Source: Candidatus Latescibacterota bacterium
GTDB lineage: Bacteria > Latescibacterota > UBA2968 > UBA8231
Direction of reading: 5' to 3'
DNA: 64,000 nt
Assembly (NCBI GenBank): GCA_965204725.1
Contig: OZ242005.1
Location: 1,760,001 to 1,824,000 of the forward strand
The notes beneath the pieces are model-generated. The model worked only from the letters and a program-made list of their open reading frames with translations, was not told the DNA's origin and did no database searches. Shown one piece after another: positions 28,193 through 38,515 of this stretch (position 1 is the first letter of the stretch; each line of letters starts with the position of its first letter). The position numbers and the translations under genes were made by a program.

Positions 28193-28959
28193 ATATTGGA
28201 CTTGGATTGCCCCCCATCGACATTGATGCAGGCACCGGTCACCCATTTTGCCCGGTCGGACGCCAAGAAGGCCACTACATCGGCGACCTCCTCCGGGGTG
28301 CCAAAGCGCCCAAAGGGTAGGTTGGCATCGACAAAGGCTTGGATTTGCGCTGGATTTTCCTTCATCCGCCGCTCCCAGCTCCCCCCGGGAAAGAGAATGG
28401 AACCCGGGGCCACAGTATTGACGCGGATGTTCTTTTTCGCCGCTTCAATCGCCAAATTGGCCCCTAAGCTGATCAGCGCGGCCTTGGCGGCATTATAGGT
28501 GGTAGGCCCCCCGGTTTCGCGGCCAAAAATCGAGGCGATGTGGACGATGCTGCCGCCCCCGCGCGCTTCGAGCAAGGGAATCGCCGCCCGGCTCACCCGC
28601 ACCGCCGAAAGAAAGCTCAAGTTGATGCTGTCGTTCCACTCGGCATCGTCAATCTCGACAAAGGGGGTCCACTTGGCCCCGCCGACATTGTTTACGAGAA
28701 TGTCGAGCCCACCAAAGCGATGGTTCGCCGCCTCCACCACGGCGATCGCGCCCTCCGGCGTCGTCACATCTTGTGTGGTGGCCTCTACTTCGGCACCGCG
28801 CTCGGCTAAGTCGGCGGCCGCTTCCGCCAGCGCGTCCGCGCCGCGAGCACAGATGCAAACCCGAGCGCCCTCGGCGGCCAAGGCCGCGGCAATGCGCTTG
28901 CCAATGCCGCGGCTAGCCCCCGTAACCAAGGCGACTTTGTCTTTGAGTCCCAGATCCAA
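28189..28959 (-). CDS. SDR family oxidoreductase
   Basis: TGASRGIG, NNVG, YNAAK. Confidence 0.93.
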   Translation of the reverse strand: MDLGLKDKVALVTGASRGIGKRIAAALAAEGARVCICARGADALAEAAADLAERGAEVEATTQDVTTPEGAIAVVEAANHRFGGLDILVNNVGGAKWTPFVEIDDAEWNDSINLSFLSAVRVSRAAIPLLEARGGGSIVHIASIFGRETGGPTTYNAAKAALISLGANLAIEAAKKNIRVNTVAPGSILFPGGSWERRMKENPAQIQAFVDANLPFGRFGTPEEVADVVAFLASDRAKWVTGACINVDGGQSKSNI

Positions 28960-28960
28960 A

Positions 28961-29947
28961 CTACCCTCCTTTTTCAAGGCCCGGAGTTAGTGCTCCGGGG
29001 TTGGTCGCGAAAAGCGCGATCAAATAAGCAATGCACAACACCAACAACACCAAGCCCTTCCAGCGGTTTAACTCGTAGCCATAGCGCATCAACCCGAGCA
29101 TCGCCAAGACGATTGCCAGCATCCACGGGAACATGAACCGGACCACGTCGGGCGGGACCACCAGCGGATTGGCCAAGGCCGAAGCGCCGGCGATCCAGCA
29201 GATATTGAGGATGTCGGCCCCGAGGATATTGCCCACCGCCAAAGCCCCTTGGCCTTTGCGAGCGGCGACAATGCAGGTCGCGATCTCGGGGATGGAAGTG
29301 CCCAAGGCCACGACCACTAAGCCGATGACCACATCCGGCAGCCCCAACGCCTTCGCCACCACCGGAGTCGCCGCGACGATAAAGTGGCTGCTGACGACCA
29401 CGCCGGCCAAGCCGCCGCTGAACAGCAACGCGACCAGCCAGAGGCTGCGCGGGGCGGTCTCCTCGTCGTCTATCTCGACGCGCGGCCGCCGCTTCTGCTC
29501 CCAGAACGAATATATTAGGTATAGGACAAAAAGCCCGACCAACGCGCCGCCCTCCACCCGCGCCAACGTCCCGTCGGAGGCCATGTACCAAGCGACTAGA
29601 TCTACGGTGATGAGAAAAATCGCGGCCGAGCGCAGCACGACGCGGTCAATGGCAATGGCGGCGGTGGCAAAGAGCGCGGCCATGGGCAGGGCCACGCCGT
29701 CGTCGTAAATGACCGACCCCACCGCATTGCCCAGCGCCACTTCGGGGGCGCCCTTGAGGGCCGCGGTCACCGACACCGCCAACTCGGGCGCGGTGGTGCC
29801 AATGCCGACGATGACGATGCCGATCAATATCGGCGGGGCGCGGAGATAGCGCGCAATATCAATGGCGCCCTCCACCAGATAGTCGGCGCATTTGGCCAAT
29901 AGCGCGAAGGATAGGACCATCAGGCCCGCGGCCTCCCATATCCCCAT
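28961..29947 (-). CDS. Calcium/sodium antiporter (YrbG-like)
   Basis: GTTAPELAVS, GNAVGS, GTSIPE, GNILGA repeats. Confidence 0.9.
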   Translation of the reverse strand: MGIWEAAGLMVLSFALLAKCADYLVEGAIDIARYLRAPPILIGIVIVGIGTTAPELAVSVTAALKGAPEVALGNAVGSVIYDDGVALPMAALFATAAIAIDRVVLRSAAIFLITVDLVAWYMASDGTLARVEGGALVGLFVLYLIYSFWEQKRRPRVEIDDEETAPRSLWLVALLFSGGLAGVVVSSHFIVAATPVVAKALGLPDVVIGLVVVALGTSIPEIATCIVAARKGQGALAVGNILGADILNICWIAGASALANPLVVPPDVVRFMFPWMLAIVLAMLGLMRYGYELNRWKGLVLLVLCIAYLIALFATNPGALTPGLEKGG

Positions 29948-29967
29948 AAGTTAGCTCGTGGCCGTCT

Positions 29968-30840
29968 TCACGGCGCGTCTAAGTAGGAGGACAAGAGGCG
30001 CTCGGCGTTTTGGTAGGTGATCTTGTCAAAGGCTGCGGCCGGCAGCGCAAGGGAGCGCAGAAAATCCATGAGCTCGGAGCTAAAGTAGTCCCGACCAAAG
30101 AGCAGTTTGTCCTGAAATTCGAGGAGGAAATCGCGCCCAAAGATCCGGTCCCTTTGCAGGGCACGCAAACCCGACCCGGCCGACAAATCGGCGTATAGGT
30201 TGCGGTACTGGCGCAGCATTGGGGCCAAGCGTCCATTCGGCAGCACCGGGCCGCTCGGGTAGCTCTCTTTGACATGGCGGTCGTCCCCGGAAATGTGGGC
30301 CCAAAACCCGGGAGCATGGCCGATAAAGACCGTTTGTGAACAGGCCGCGACCGCGCGTTCAAGCGCGTCGAGACTGCCGCCGTACCACCAGTTGGGGCGC
30401 GGGTAAGGGCCGCGGCCGTGGTCAATTGGATAGTCGAGGTGGATTGTGATGGGCAAGCGCAACGCGCCGCACGCCTCGTATAGGCGCAGCGCGTCTGGAT
30501 CGTCAAACGGCAGGCGCACCTTCAGCTCGGACGCGAGCTGGACGCCGTGGATTTCGACTGCGGCCTTGAGCCGATCTATGGCGTCGGGCCGCTTGGGGTG
30601 AGGCATATAGCCGAGGACGAAGCGGTCGGGTGCTTCCCGGCCGACCGCGAGCACATCTTCAAAGGGAATTCCCAAGCCCGTCGGGGGCAACACCGAGTGA
30701 TACGAAGGCGGGTATTCATCGGCCGCGACCTCCCACGAGAAGAGCCACATAAGGTCGATGCCCTGCTCGTCCATGTTACGCAGGATTTTGCCGGCGTTAA
30801 ACCCGTGCCAATTAGGGTGATTGTGCGCGTCAATGAGCAT
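29968..30840 (-). CDS. Amidohydrolase_2 family protein
   Basis: IDAHNH, FIGHA, LLFGRD. Confidence 0.85.
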   Translation of the reverse strand: MLIDAHNHPNWHGFNAGKILRNMDEQGIDLMWLFSWEVAADEYPPSYHSVLPPTGLGIPFEDVLAVGREAPDRFVLGYMPHPKRPDAIDRLKAAVEIHGVQLASELKVRLPFDDPDALRLYEACGALRLPITIHLDYPIDHGRGPYPRPNWWYGGSLDALERAVAACSQTVFIGHAPGFWAHISGDDRHVKESYPSGPVLPNGRLAPMLRQYRNLYADLSAGSGLRALQRDRIFGRDFLLEFQDKLLFGRDYFSSELMDFLRSLALPAAAFDKITYQNAERLLSSYLDAP

Positions 30841-30890
30841 TCGTTAATGATATTCTCATGGGGGAAAACTGTCAAGCAAAGCAACGGGCG

Positions 30891-30932
30891 TTTAGTAATA
30901 ATTATTCTTGATTAAGAATTATTATTTATTAT
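30891..30932 (+). promoter_or_regulatory. Putative tandem ARG-box-like operator upstream of argG
   Basis: gtaataattattct and agaattattattta resemble the ArgR TGAATAwwwATTCA consensus; sharply AT-rich. Confidence 0.5.
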
Positions 30933-30959
30933 ATTACTTTTTCACTCAAAGGAGGAACC

Positions 30960-32204
30960 ATGAATATCGCCGATCTAAAAGGCCAAACGGTGATGCTGGC
31001 CGCGTCCGGTGGCCTCGATAGCTGCACCATCACCCATTGGCTCCAATCCCAAGGGCTAGCGGTCGTCGCCTATACCGCCAATCTGGGCCAGCCCGACGAG
31101 GAGCGCATTGAAGACATAGGAAGCCGGATGCGGGCCTGTGGGGCTGCTGAGGTGATCCTCGACGACCGCAGAGAGGCTATTTGCCAAGCCGGCATCCAAC
31201 TCGTCCAAGCGCAAGCCCGCTACGAGGGGGGCTATTGGAACACCACCGGCATCGCCCGGCACGTGACGGTGGCCGGCATGTTGCCCCACATTCAGGAGCG
31301 CGGCATCCAAGTGCTGGCGCATGGGGCCACCGGGCGCGGCAACGACCAAGTCCGCTTCCAACTGGCCGCGCAGATGCTCGCTCCGCATATCGCGGTGTAC
31401 GCTCCGTGGCGCGACCCGGCCTTCTTGCAAAACTTCGGTGGGCGCAGCCAAATGATCGCGTACTGCCAAAAGCACGGCCTGCCCATAACCGCCACCCCGG
31501 ACAAGCCCTACTCCACAGACGCCAACATGCTCGGGCTGACCCACGAAGCCGGCCAACTCGAATCCTTAACCACCGCAGCCAGCTTGATCGCGCCCGGCAT
31601 GGGTTGCTTCCCGCCGCAGGCCCCAGACCAAGCAGCAGTTTTTACCGTGCGCTTTGAACGCGGCGTCCCGGTCGCCATCAACGACCGCGCTGTCGGCTTG
31701 GTCGCCGCCATTGAGCAGAGCAACGCCGTGGCCGGGCAGCACGGGGTCGGCATTGGCTTACACGCGGTGGAAAATCGCTTCGTTGGCATTAAGTCGCGCG
31801 GCGTCTATGAGGCACCGGCCCTCGCGCTGCTCGGCCAGTGCTACGAGTACTTGCTCCAGCTCGTTCTCGATCGCCGGGCGCGGCGGATTTTTGCCGTTGT
31901 CTCTGAATTTATCGCCGAGCAGATCTATCAAGGCTACTGGTTTGACACGGCGACCCAAGCGAGTTGGAAGCTCATCGAGCACTTTAATCAGTTGGCGACC
32001 GGGACCATCGCCGTCTCGCTCTACAAGGGCCAAGTCTCCTTTTGTGCAGCCAGCGACATCCCCCACTCGCTCTACAGCGAGGACACCGCTTCCATGGAGG
32101 CCATCGGCGACTTTGACCACCGCGATTCCGAGGGCTTCTTAGGCGTCTTGGGCGTCAGCGCCCGCGCACTGCATCAGGCCGGGCAAACTTCGCAACCTTT
32201 GTAG
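30960..32204 (+). CDS. argG: Argininosuccinate synthase
   Basis: ASGGLDS, HGATGRGNDQVRF, ENRFVGIKSRGVYEAP. Confidence 0.96.
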   Translation: MNIADLKGQTVMLAASGGLDSCTITHWLQSQGLAVVAYTANLGQPDEERIEDIGSRMRACGAAEVILDDRREAICQAGIQLVQAQARYEGGYWNTTGIARHVTVAGMLPHIQERGIQVLAHGATGRGNDQVRFQLAAQMLAPHIAVYAPWRDPAFLQNFGGRSQMIAYCQKHGLPITATPDKPYSTDANMLGLTHEAGQLESLTTAASLIAPGMGCFPPQAPDQAAVFTVRFERGVPVAINDRAVGLVAAIEQSNAVAGQHGVGIGLHAVENRFVGIKSRGVYEAPALALLGQCYEYLLQLVLDRRARRIFAVVSEFIAEQIYQGYWFDTATQASWKLIEHFNQLATGTIAVSLYKGQVSFCAASDIPHSLYSEDTASMEAIGDFDHRDSEGFLGVLGVSARALHQAGQTSQPL

Positions 32205-32213
32205 CAAGCCCCC

Positions 32214-33113
32214 TCACCCCCGCAAGAGCGGCGCGACGCCGGACCATATAATCTCCAACTCGGTCCGTGCGTCGCCGTCGAGGACGGGCACGGGGGCGCG
32301 GCAAACCGCCGAGCGGATCAATCCGCGCTTTTGTAGAATCCACTTGTAGATCGCAAGCCCGTAGAGCCGCTCGTAGTTCATCAACGGCAGGAGCTGATAA
32401 AAGCGCGCCCGCGCTGTTGAGTCGTCGCCCGCTTCGAGGGCATCCCAGATCGCCGCCATGGCGTCGGTCACGTGACAGCCCGGCATGTTGCCGCAGGCAC
32501 CGCGCCGATATTCGTCGAGCATATAGACCCCTCCTTTGCCGCCCAAGACGCCCTTGCAGGCCGCGCCGGCCAGCGCCAACGTGCGGCTGACCTGCCACGG
32601 CTCGGGGACGGTCTCTTCCTTGATGTAATCAACCCCCTCCAACTCGCGGCACATCCGCCCCAACAGCTCGCCGCTCATGGGCGTACCGACTGGCGAGTCG
32701 AAATTCTGCACGCAAATCGGGATCGCAACTGCGGCCGCCAACTGCTGGTAAAAGGCGTAGCAGCCTGCTTGGTCAACGCGCAATACGTGCGGCGGCATGG
32801 ACATGATCCCGTCGGCTCCGGCGGATTGGGCAAACTGGGCGAGGGCTACGGCCGGCACGGCATGGCCGGAAGTGACCGAGGCCACGACGGGTACTCGTCC
32901 AGCGGCCGCGGCCACGACGATCTCGATCCAGCGGCGGCGTTCCTCGTCGGAAAGGGTCGAAAATTCGCTGGCATTGGCCGGCCCCACCAAGCCCGTAGCC
33001 CCGGCTTCAACAGTAAAGGCGACCAAGTCTCGCAAGGCCGCTTCGTCGAGCGCGTAGCTGTCGGTAAAGGGGGTGACCACAATCGGCATGATTCCGCGCC
33101 ACGTTTCAGTCAT
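32214..33113 (-). CDS. Dihydrodipicolinate synthase family protein
   Basis: GIMPIVVTPF, SEFSTLSDEER, YIKEE. Confidence 0.88.
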   Translation of the reverse strand: MTETWRGIMPIVVTPFTDSYALDEAALRDLVAFTVEAGATGLVGPANASEFSTLSDEERRRWIEIVVAAAAGRVPVVASVTSGHAVPAVALAQFAQSAGADGIMSMPPHVLRVDQAGCYAFYQQLAAAVAIPICVQNFDSPVGTPMSGELLGRMCRELEGVDYIKEETVPEPWQVSRTLALAGAACKGVLGGKGGVYMLDEYRRGACGNMPGCHVTDAMAAIWDALEAGDDSTARARFYQLLPLMNYERLYGLAIYKWILQKRGLIRSAVCRAPVPVLDGDARTELEIIWSGVAPLLRG

Positions 33114-33765
33114 GAATATCTCCTTTTAGGCCGAGCAAAGCGGCCACGGCAAAAAGCCCGTCCACCACAGCGCACTCCCCCAACTCCAACCGCCGCCGGC
33201 TCTGGTGGCCGGAAGGCAGCAGGACGCAATGGACTCCTAGTGCCGCGGCCACCTCAATGTCGTGTAAGGTATCGCCGACGAGCAGCACTTCGTCGCTCCG
33301 GCAGTTAAGGGCCGCCAAGTGCTGATGTCCGCGCTCGATTTTCCCCTCCCCCAAGCGATTATCCACTCCGGCGACTGCGGCAAAGTAGGGTCGTAGCCCG
33401 TAGTCGGCGACCATTTCTTCGAGGGACACTTGATCCGAGGCCGATAAGAGGGATTGTCCAATCCCGTTGCAACCGAGGGCGGCCAGCACGGTACGTGCGC
33501 CCGCGCGCAACCGGCACTCGCGCCGGCGCTGGCTATAGAGGATGCTGAATTCGTCGCCGAGGGCCGCGAAATCCTCGCGCCCTAGGTCAAAGCCCAAGTG
33601 CTCGTAGTACGCATACAGCGGAAAATCGAATGCCTCGCTGTACTCGCACGGGGTGATCGGCCCGAGCCCGCGACGCCCCAACAACTCGTTGACGATTTCC
33701 ACGCACAGCCAAGCATCGTCCACCAAAGTGCCGTTCCAGTCCCAGATTACGCAGCGCGGCTTCAT
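33106..33765 (-). CDS. HAD family hydrolase
   Basis: WDWNGTLVDD, VGDTLHD. Confidence 0.9.
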   Translation of the reverse strand: MKPRCVIWDWNGTLVDDAWLCVEIVNELLGRRGLGPITPCEYSEAFDFPLYAYYEHLGFDLGREDFAALGDEFSILYSQRRRECRLRAGARTVLAALGCNGIGQSLLSASDQVSLEEMVADYGLRPYFAAVAGVDNRLGEGKIERGHQHLAALNCRSDEVLLVGDTLHDIEVAAALGVHCVLLPSGHQSRRRLELGECAVVDGLFAVAALLGLKGDIHD

Positions 33766-33775
33766 AGCTTCATAG

Positions 33776-34519
33776 CTACTCTTGGTAGGCGACTACGCGC
33801 AGCCGCCAATAGTCGGCGCACCAGCCCTCATCGCCGTACAATGCCGGGCGGACGGCGTCCTCGACCGCTGCCAACAACTCTTCGCGCAGCGGCGGCGGGA
33901 CGCCCGCTGTCAGCGGCTCGGCGAACATCTCCAGCCAATCGCGCAACCCGCTCTCGCCTGCGAGGGGCGTTGGACGGGGAAAGTGGCTGGCATGAGCAAC
34001 GCGCAGCCCGGCCTGCTCCACGAGCCGCGCGTACTCCCCCAAGCTGGGAAAATACCAAGGCCATTGCGGATAAAGGCCCCGAGCGGCCAACTGGTCCGTC
34101 AGCCCTCGGCAGATGGTGGCCACGTTCCGCGCCCCGCCCAACTCGGCGACCAAACGACCGCCCGGCTCCAGACCGGCGGCAATACGCGCAAGGGCTGCCT
34201 CCGGCGGCTGGACCCAGTGCAGCACTGCGTTGGAAAAGACCGCATTGAACGGCTCGGCAAAGGAAAAATCCCGCGCATCGCCGACGACAAAAGATAGACT
34301 CGGAAACTGCTCGCGGGCCGCGGCGATCATCTCGGCCGATCGATCCATGCCGACGACCTCAGCCCCGGCCGCGGCAATCTGGGCGCTCAGTTGACCCGTG
34401 CCGCATCCCAAGTCGAGGACGCGCTCGCCAGCTTGGGGGTTCAAGACCTCCACCAAGCTGGCACCGGCGGCGGTGACGTAGTGGTGTTTGGCTTGGTAGC
34501 ACTCGGGGTGCTGGAACAT
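33776..34519 (-). CDS. Class I SAM-dependent methyltransferase (Tam-like)
   Basis: VLDLGCGTG, FSNAVLHW. Confidence 0.9.
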   Translation of the reverse strand: MFQHPECYQAKHHYVTAAGASLVEVLNPQAGERVLDLGCGTGQLSAQIAAAGAEVVGMDRSAEMIAAAREQFPSLSFVVGDARDFSFAEPFNAVFSNAVLHWVQPPEAALARIAAGLEPGGRLVAELGGARNVATICRGLTDQLAARGLYPQWPWYFPSLGEYARLVEQAGLRVAHASHFPRPTPLAGESGLRDWLEMFAEPLTAGVPPPLREELLAAVEDAVRPALYGDEGWCADYWRLRVVAYQE

Positions 34520-34549
34520 ATAGCCGTCCTAAGAGCTGTATAGATCGGT

Positions 34550-35824
34550 TCAAAACCGCAGGGTGGCTCTGGCCAACCAGTTCCCTCGGGCGTCTGGCAC
34601 CAGACCTACCGAGAAGCGGCCAGACTCCGGGGGCTTGCGAAATAACTCGGACGCCCATGTCGCTGTGGTAGACGAAATGATCATAACGCACCCAATGGCG
34701 ACGGTGGCACCGACGGGATCCGACCATGCATCTGTGGGGATTAGCGCAAGGCCAATCCCACCAATCCCACCCCCTAAGAGGCTACCACCTATTGAAAAGA
34801 CCAAGGAGCGATAATAATGGTGTCTATCAAATAAGCTGATCCCGGCCCCCACTCCAATCGGATAGCCAACGAAAAGAGCGACCTCAGCGTCCTGGATCGC
34901 AAGGGCAATAGCACTACCCATAAGAGTGCCAACGCAGAACTTACCCGCAACTCGACCGGCCAACTTGGAGCGTTGACGGCCCGATGATATGTTCCGATAT
35001 GCTCCGGCAATGGCGGCCCCATCCGAACCCGGCGGAAACGTCAGCCGAAACTGAGACCCATAAAAAGGGGACATTCTACCCTTGCGATATATCCCAATCA
35101 GGCCGTAGGTGGCAGCCAGAGAATCCAACGCGGCGATCCCTGTAACCGGCGTCCCCGCGTCAACAGCCGCCAACAGAGCCGCAACCACCGCCTTGTGCTC
35201 TCCGCTGACATGAATCGTGATCTCTTGTCTCTCGGATGGTTGGTTCATAGAAGGTGTTGCGTTGATGAACAGCCCAAGCTCTTCTTTTCGCTCCCTTCCC
35301 CTCGGCGTCGCCTGCTTAGCTGCATCCGCTGGCGCGGTCGGCTTGCCGCAGTTGGCAAAGGCGATAGCGTCCATCCTGACGAACCCACCCCGCTTGGCAT
35401 ACACACAGCGCAAGCCATCGCGAATCACGGCGTGGGATACATCGGCTCGCCCGCCCCGCTCGACGACAAGGCCATACCAATCCGCTCCCCACGAACCCGC
35501 ATCCGCTGAACGAAAGACGATGCCCCCGGCGTGCGCCGCCAGCCGCCCCTCGACGATCAGTTCCGCCCGGGTCGAGTCTAAGCCACCTCGGGTCTCATCG
35601 CGGTACGGCAGAAAGAGAACCTGCGTATTGGGAGCCAGCGTCAGCGTCGCTCCCGCTGCAATCGTCACGTCGCCGCCGACATACACCATGCCACGCCACG
35701 TCGTATCCTGTTCGATACGACCCGTCCAATAGGGCTCGCTGGCGTCGCTAGCCGCAGAGCCAACTCCTCCCAGCAGCAGGACGAACCACAGCACTCGATG
35801 CCGTTTAGTGAAGCCTCTGTTCAA
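34550..35824 (-). CDS. Modular exported protein (beta-helix-like insert + shared domain + Gly-rich hydrophobic C-terminus)
   Basis: Signal-like N-terminus, GDVTIAAGATLTLAP motif, ends ARATLRF; paralogue of 36535-37314. Confidence 0.65.
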   Translation of the reverse strand: MNRGFTKRHRVLWFVLLLGGVGSAASDASEPYWTGRIEQDTTWRGMVYVGGDVTIAAGATLTLAPNTQVLFLPYRDETRGGLDSTRAELIVEGRLAAHAGGIVFRSADAGSWGADWYGLVVERGGRADVSHAVIRDGLRCVYAKRGGFVRMDAIAFANCGKPTAPADAAKQATPRGRERKEELGLFINATPSMNQPSERQEITIHVSGEHKAVVAALLAAVDAGTPVTGIAALDSLAATYGLIGIYRKGRMSPFYGSQFRLTFPPGSDGAAIAGAYRNISSGRQRSKLAGRVAGKFCVGTLMGSAIALAIQDAEVALFVGYPIGVGAGISLFDRHHYYRSLVFSIGGSLLGGGIGGIGLALIPTDAWSDPVGATVAIGCVMIISSTTATWASELFRKPPESGRFSVGLVPDARGNWLARATLRF

Positions 35825-36506
35825 AGTGGATTCTTAACCCCATTAGATCCGCCTCTATGCGCATGTTGGACCTCTCCGATAGAGAATTCTCCATACCCAA
35901 GCCTATACGAAATACGCCAAGGTCCTCATATTCACCGTGCTGCTGGTCTGCTACTCCTCCCATTCCTAGAATGAGATACGTGCGAGGCATGATGGTATAT
36001 ATATATGCACTTAGAGTTACACCTAGCCATTTTGGGGCTATCCCCCTTCCCTTACCGCCCATCAAGAGATTGGCCTCAAAAGCCCGGTTTGAATAAGGCG
36101 CATACCTTAATGTACATCCCGCACCTGTAAAACTTCTAGTACCAGGAAGTTCCTGTGGAACTTCTTTTATTGCAACAATCGTGCCCGCCGATAAGCCTCC
36201 GAACCAACGATCAACCCTTATTGGACGGCTGAACGTATGTATCCGTCGGTACTCAAGGGCAATAGGTCCTTCAAACCCAACATCCAACGTGACCGAGTCG
36301 TCGTCTGTCTGGAGAACTCGCCCTTTCTTGGTTCTCATTTTCGCCCGCTCGTCCTCGTAAGTGACTTTCACTTTATCGCCCTTTTTGAATAGCTGCCGGT
36401 CAATCGTCCCACCTTGGCGAGTAGATACTACCTTGGACAGGGGAGCAGCGCACCCTGTTGCGAGGAGCAAAATAACCACAGTAAGAGAGCTAGAGACGAG
36501 GCTCAT
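35805..36506 (-). CDS. Lipoprotein-signal protein with beta-strand-rich C-terminus
   Basis: Lipobox LATGC; lower GC; amphipathic strands. Confidence 0.6.
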   Translation of the reverse strand: MSLVSSSLTVVILLLATGCAAPLSKVVSTRQGGTIDRQLFKKGDKVKVTYEDERAKMRTKKGRVLQTDDDSVTLDVGFEGPIALEYRRIHTFSRPIRVDRWFGGLSAGTIVAIKEVPQELPGTRSFTGAGCTLRYAPYSNRAFEANLLMGGKGRGIAPKWLGVTLSAYIYTIMPRTYLILGMGGVADQQHGEYEDLGVFRIGLGMENSLSERSNMRIEADLMGLRIHFEQRLH

Positions 36507-36534
36507 TGTACCCCTCTTGGTCTTACGGCTCGGT

Positions 36535-37314
36535 TCAAAACCGCAGGATGGCTCTGGCCGACCAGTTCCCTCGGGCGTCTGGCATCAGCCCTACCGAGAA
36601 GCGGTCAGACTCCGGAGGCTTGCGAAATAACTCGGACGCCAACGTCGCCGTGATAGGCTGAATGATTAGCTGCATAAAGATCCCACTCATAGGCACCCAT
36701 GGATCTATGGGGACTAGTGCAGCACCGATCCCGACTCCTAAGAAGCTGCCGCCTATTGAAAAGACCAAGGATCGAGGATAATCGTGTCTATCCAATAAGC
36801 TGGTCCCGAGCCCCACTCCAACCGGACAGCCAACGAGAAGAGCGACATCAAGGGCACCACCGATAGCACTCCCCACAAGGACAGCACTACCCATAAGAGT
36901 GCCAACGAATAACTTACCCGCAACTCGACCGACCCACTTAGCGCGTTGACGGCCCGATTGTATATAGGGTACGTTCCAATATGCTCCGGCAATGGCGGCC
37001 ACATCTGCACCCGGCGGAAACGTTAGCCGAAACTGAGACCCATAAAAGACAGAGGATCGCCCCGTACCATACTCCATCAGGCCGTAGGTGGCAGCCAGAG
37101 AATCCAACTCGGCGATCCCCGTAACCAGCGTCCCCGCGTCAACAGCCGCTAACAGAGCCGCAACCACCGCCTTGTGCTCTCCACTGATATGAATCGTGAT
37201 CTCTTGTCTCTCGAAGGGAGCCGGCTCGCTGGCGTCGCTGGCCGCAGAGCCAACTCCTCCCAGCAGCAGGACGAACCACAGCACTCGATGCCGTTTAGCC
37301 AAGCCTCTGTTCAA
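36535..37314 (-). CDS. Shorter paralogue of 34550-35824 lacking the insert
   Basis: Near-identical N-terminal 31 aa, shared RQEITIH..TGIAxLDSLAATYGL domain and C-terminal tail. Confidence 0.65.
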   Translation of the reverse strand: MNRGLAKRHRVLWFVLLLGGVGSAASDASEPAPFERQEITIHISGEHKAVVAALLAAVDAGTLVTGIAELDSLAATYGLMEYGTGRSSVFYGSQFRLTFPPGADVAAIAGAYWNVPYIQSGRQRAKWVGRVAGKLFVGTLMGSAVLVGSAIGGALDVALLVGCPVGVGLGTSLLDRHDYPRSLVFSIGGSFLGVGIGAALVPIDPWVPMSGIFMQLIIQPITATLASELFRKPPESDRFSVGLMPDARGNWSARAILRF

Positions 37315-37339
37315 AGTAGATTCTTAACCCCATTCCTAA

Positions 37340-37501
37340 GAAGCTGTCTGAAAACTCTGGTAGTCGTCCCTTGTGTCTAAACGATACCGGCTGGATTCCC
37401 GCCCCGTGTCGGGGCACGGGGTGACGTTCTTTCGCGGGAATGACGGATCCTGTCTCTACGGCGTGTTCAACAGGACCCAAGGTGGGTTTTCAGACAGCCT
37501 C
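37340..37501. mobile_element. MITE with 16-bp terminal inverted repeats and TAA flanks
   Basis: GAAGCTGTCTGAAAAC ... GTTTTCAGACAGCCTC (15/16), TAA on both sides, internal ATTCCCGC..GCGGGAAT palindrome. Confidence 0.75.
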
Positions 37502-37525
37502 TAAGAATGATATAGGGTTGCTATC

Positions 37526-38515
37526 TCAGCCCAAGAGATCGGCGATGACTGCGCGCTCCTCTTTGAGCTCGTCTTCAGTGGCCTTGATTTTCGCCCGGGC
37601 GAAGTCGCTCAGTTCCAAGCCCTGCACGATCTCCAAGCGGCCTTGGCCATCGCTGCGCATGGGAAAGGAGAACATCAACCCCTCGTCAATCCCGTAGCTG
37701 CCGTCCGAATAGACGCCCGCCGAGAAAAAGTCGCCAGCCGGCGTAGCACTCTCAACGCTAACGACGTGGTCAAGCGCAGCATTGGCGGCCGACGCGGCCG
37801 ACGACAAGCCGCGAGCCGCGATGACGGCCGCGCCGCGCTGCTGGACGATTTGGATGAATTCCTCGCGCAACCAAGCGTGGTGGCCTATGACGTCGGGCGC
37901 CGGGCGGCCCTCAATCCGCGCATTATCGGCGTCCGGGTACTGCGTGGCACTGTGGTTGCCCCAGATAGCCATGTTGGTCACCGCCGCGACCTTGACCCCG
38001 GCCTTGTTGGCGAGCTGGGCTTGGGCGCGGTTTTGATCCAAGCGGGTCATGGCGTGGAAGCGGTCGCGGGGGATGCCGGCCTCGTGGCCGTGGGTCATGG
38101 CAATCAAGCCATTCGTATTGGCCGGATTGCCCACCACCAAGACGCGCACGTCGGCCGCAGCCCGGGCGAGTGCCCGACCTTGGCCGACGAATATCGGCCC
38201 GTTTTCCCGGATCAAGTCGCCCCGCTCCATCCCGGGGCCGCGCGGCTTGGAGCCAATCAGCAGCCCCCAGTTGACCCCGTCAAAGGCCACGTCGGCTCGA
38301 TCGGTGATCTCGATGTGGTCGAGGAGCGGAAAGGCGCAGTCGTCGAGCTCCATAACCACGCCTTCTAGGGCTTTGAGTGCCGGCGTAATCTCCAGCAAGT
38401 GCAGCGAAATTCGGACGTCGCGGCCGAACACCTCGCCCGAAGCGAGGCGCGGCAAGATAGCGTAGCCGATTTGGCCAGCGGCCCCGGTGACGGCTACTTT
38501 CACAGTGCGTACCAT
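37526..38515 (-). CDS. mdh: Malate dehydrogenase
   Basis: [41 protein letters not shown]. Confidence 0.97.
   Translation of the reverse strand: MVRTVKVAVTGAAGQIGYAILPRLASGEVFGRDVRISLHLLEITPALKALEGVVMELDDCAFPLLDHIEITDRADVAFDGVNWGLLIGSKPRGPGMERGDLIRENGPIFVGQGRALARAAADVRVLVVGNPANTNGLIAMTHGHEAGIPRDRFHAMTRLDQNRAQAQLANKAGVKVAAVTNMAIWGNHSATQYPDADNARIEGRPAPDVIGHHAWLREEFIQIVQQRGAAVIAARGLSSAASAANAALDHVVSVESATPAGDFFSAGVYSDGSYGIDEGLMFSFPMRSDGQGRLEIVQGLELSDFARAKIKATEDELKEERAVIADLLG

Noticed and set aside
34529-34540. ctaagagctgt as a possible second MITE end bounding the paralogue block
   Set aside because: Match is too short to distinguish from chance.
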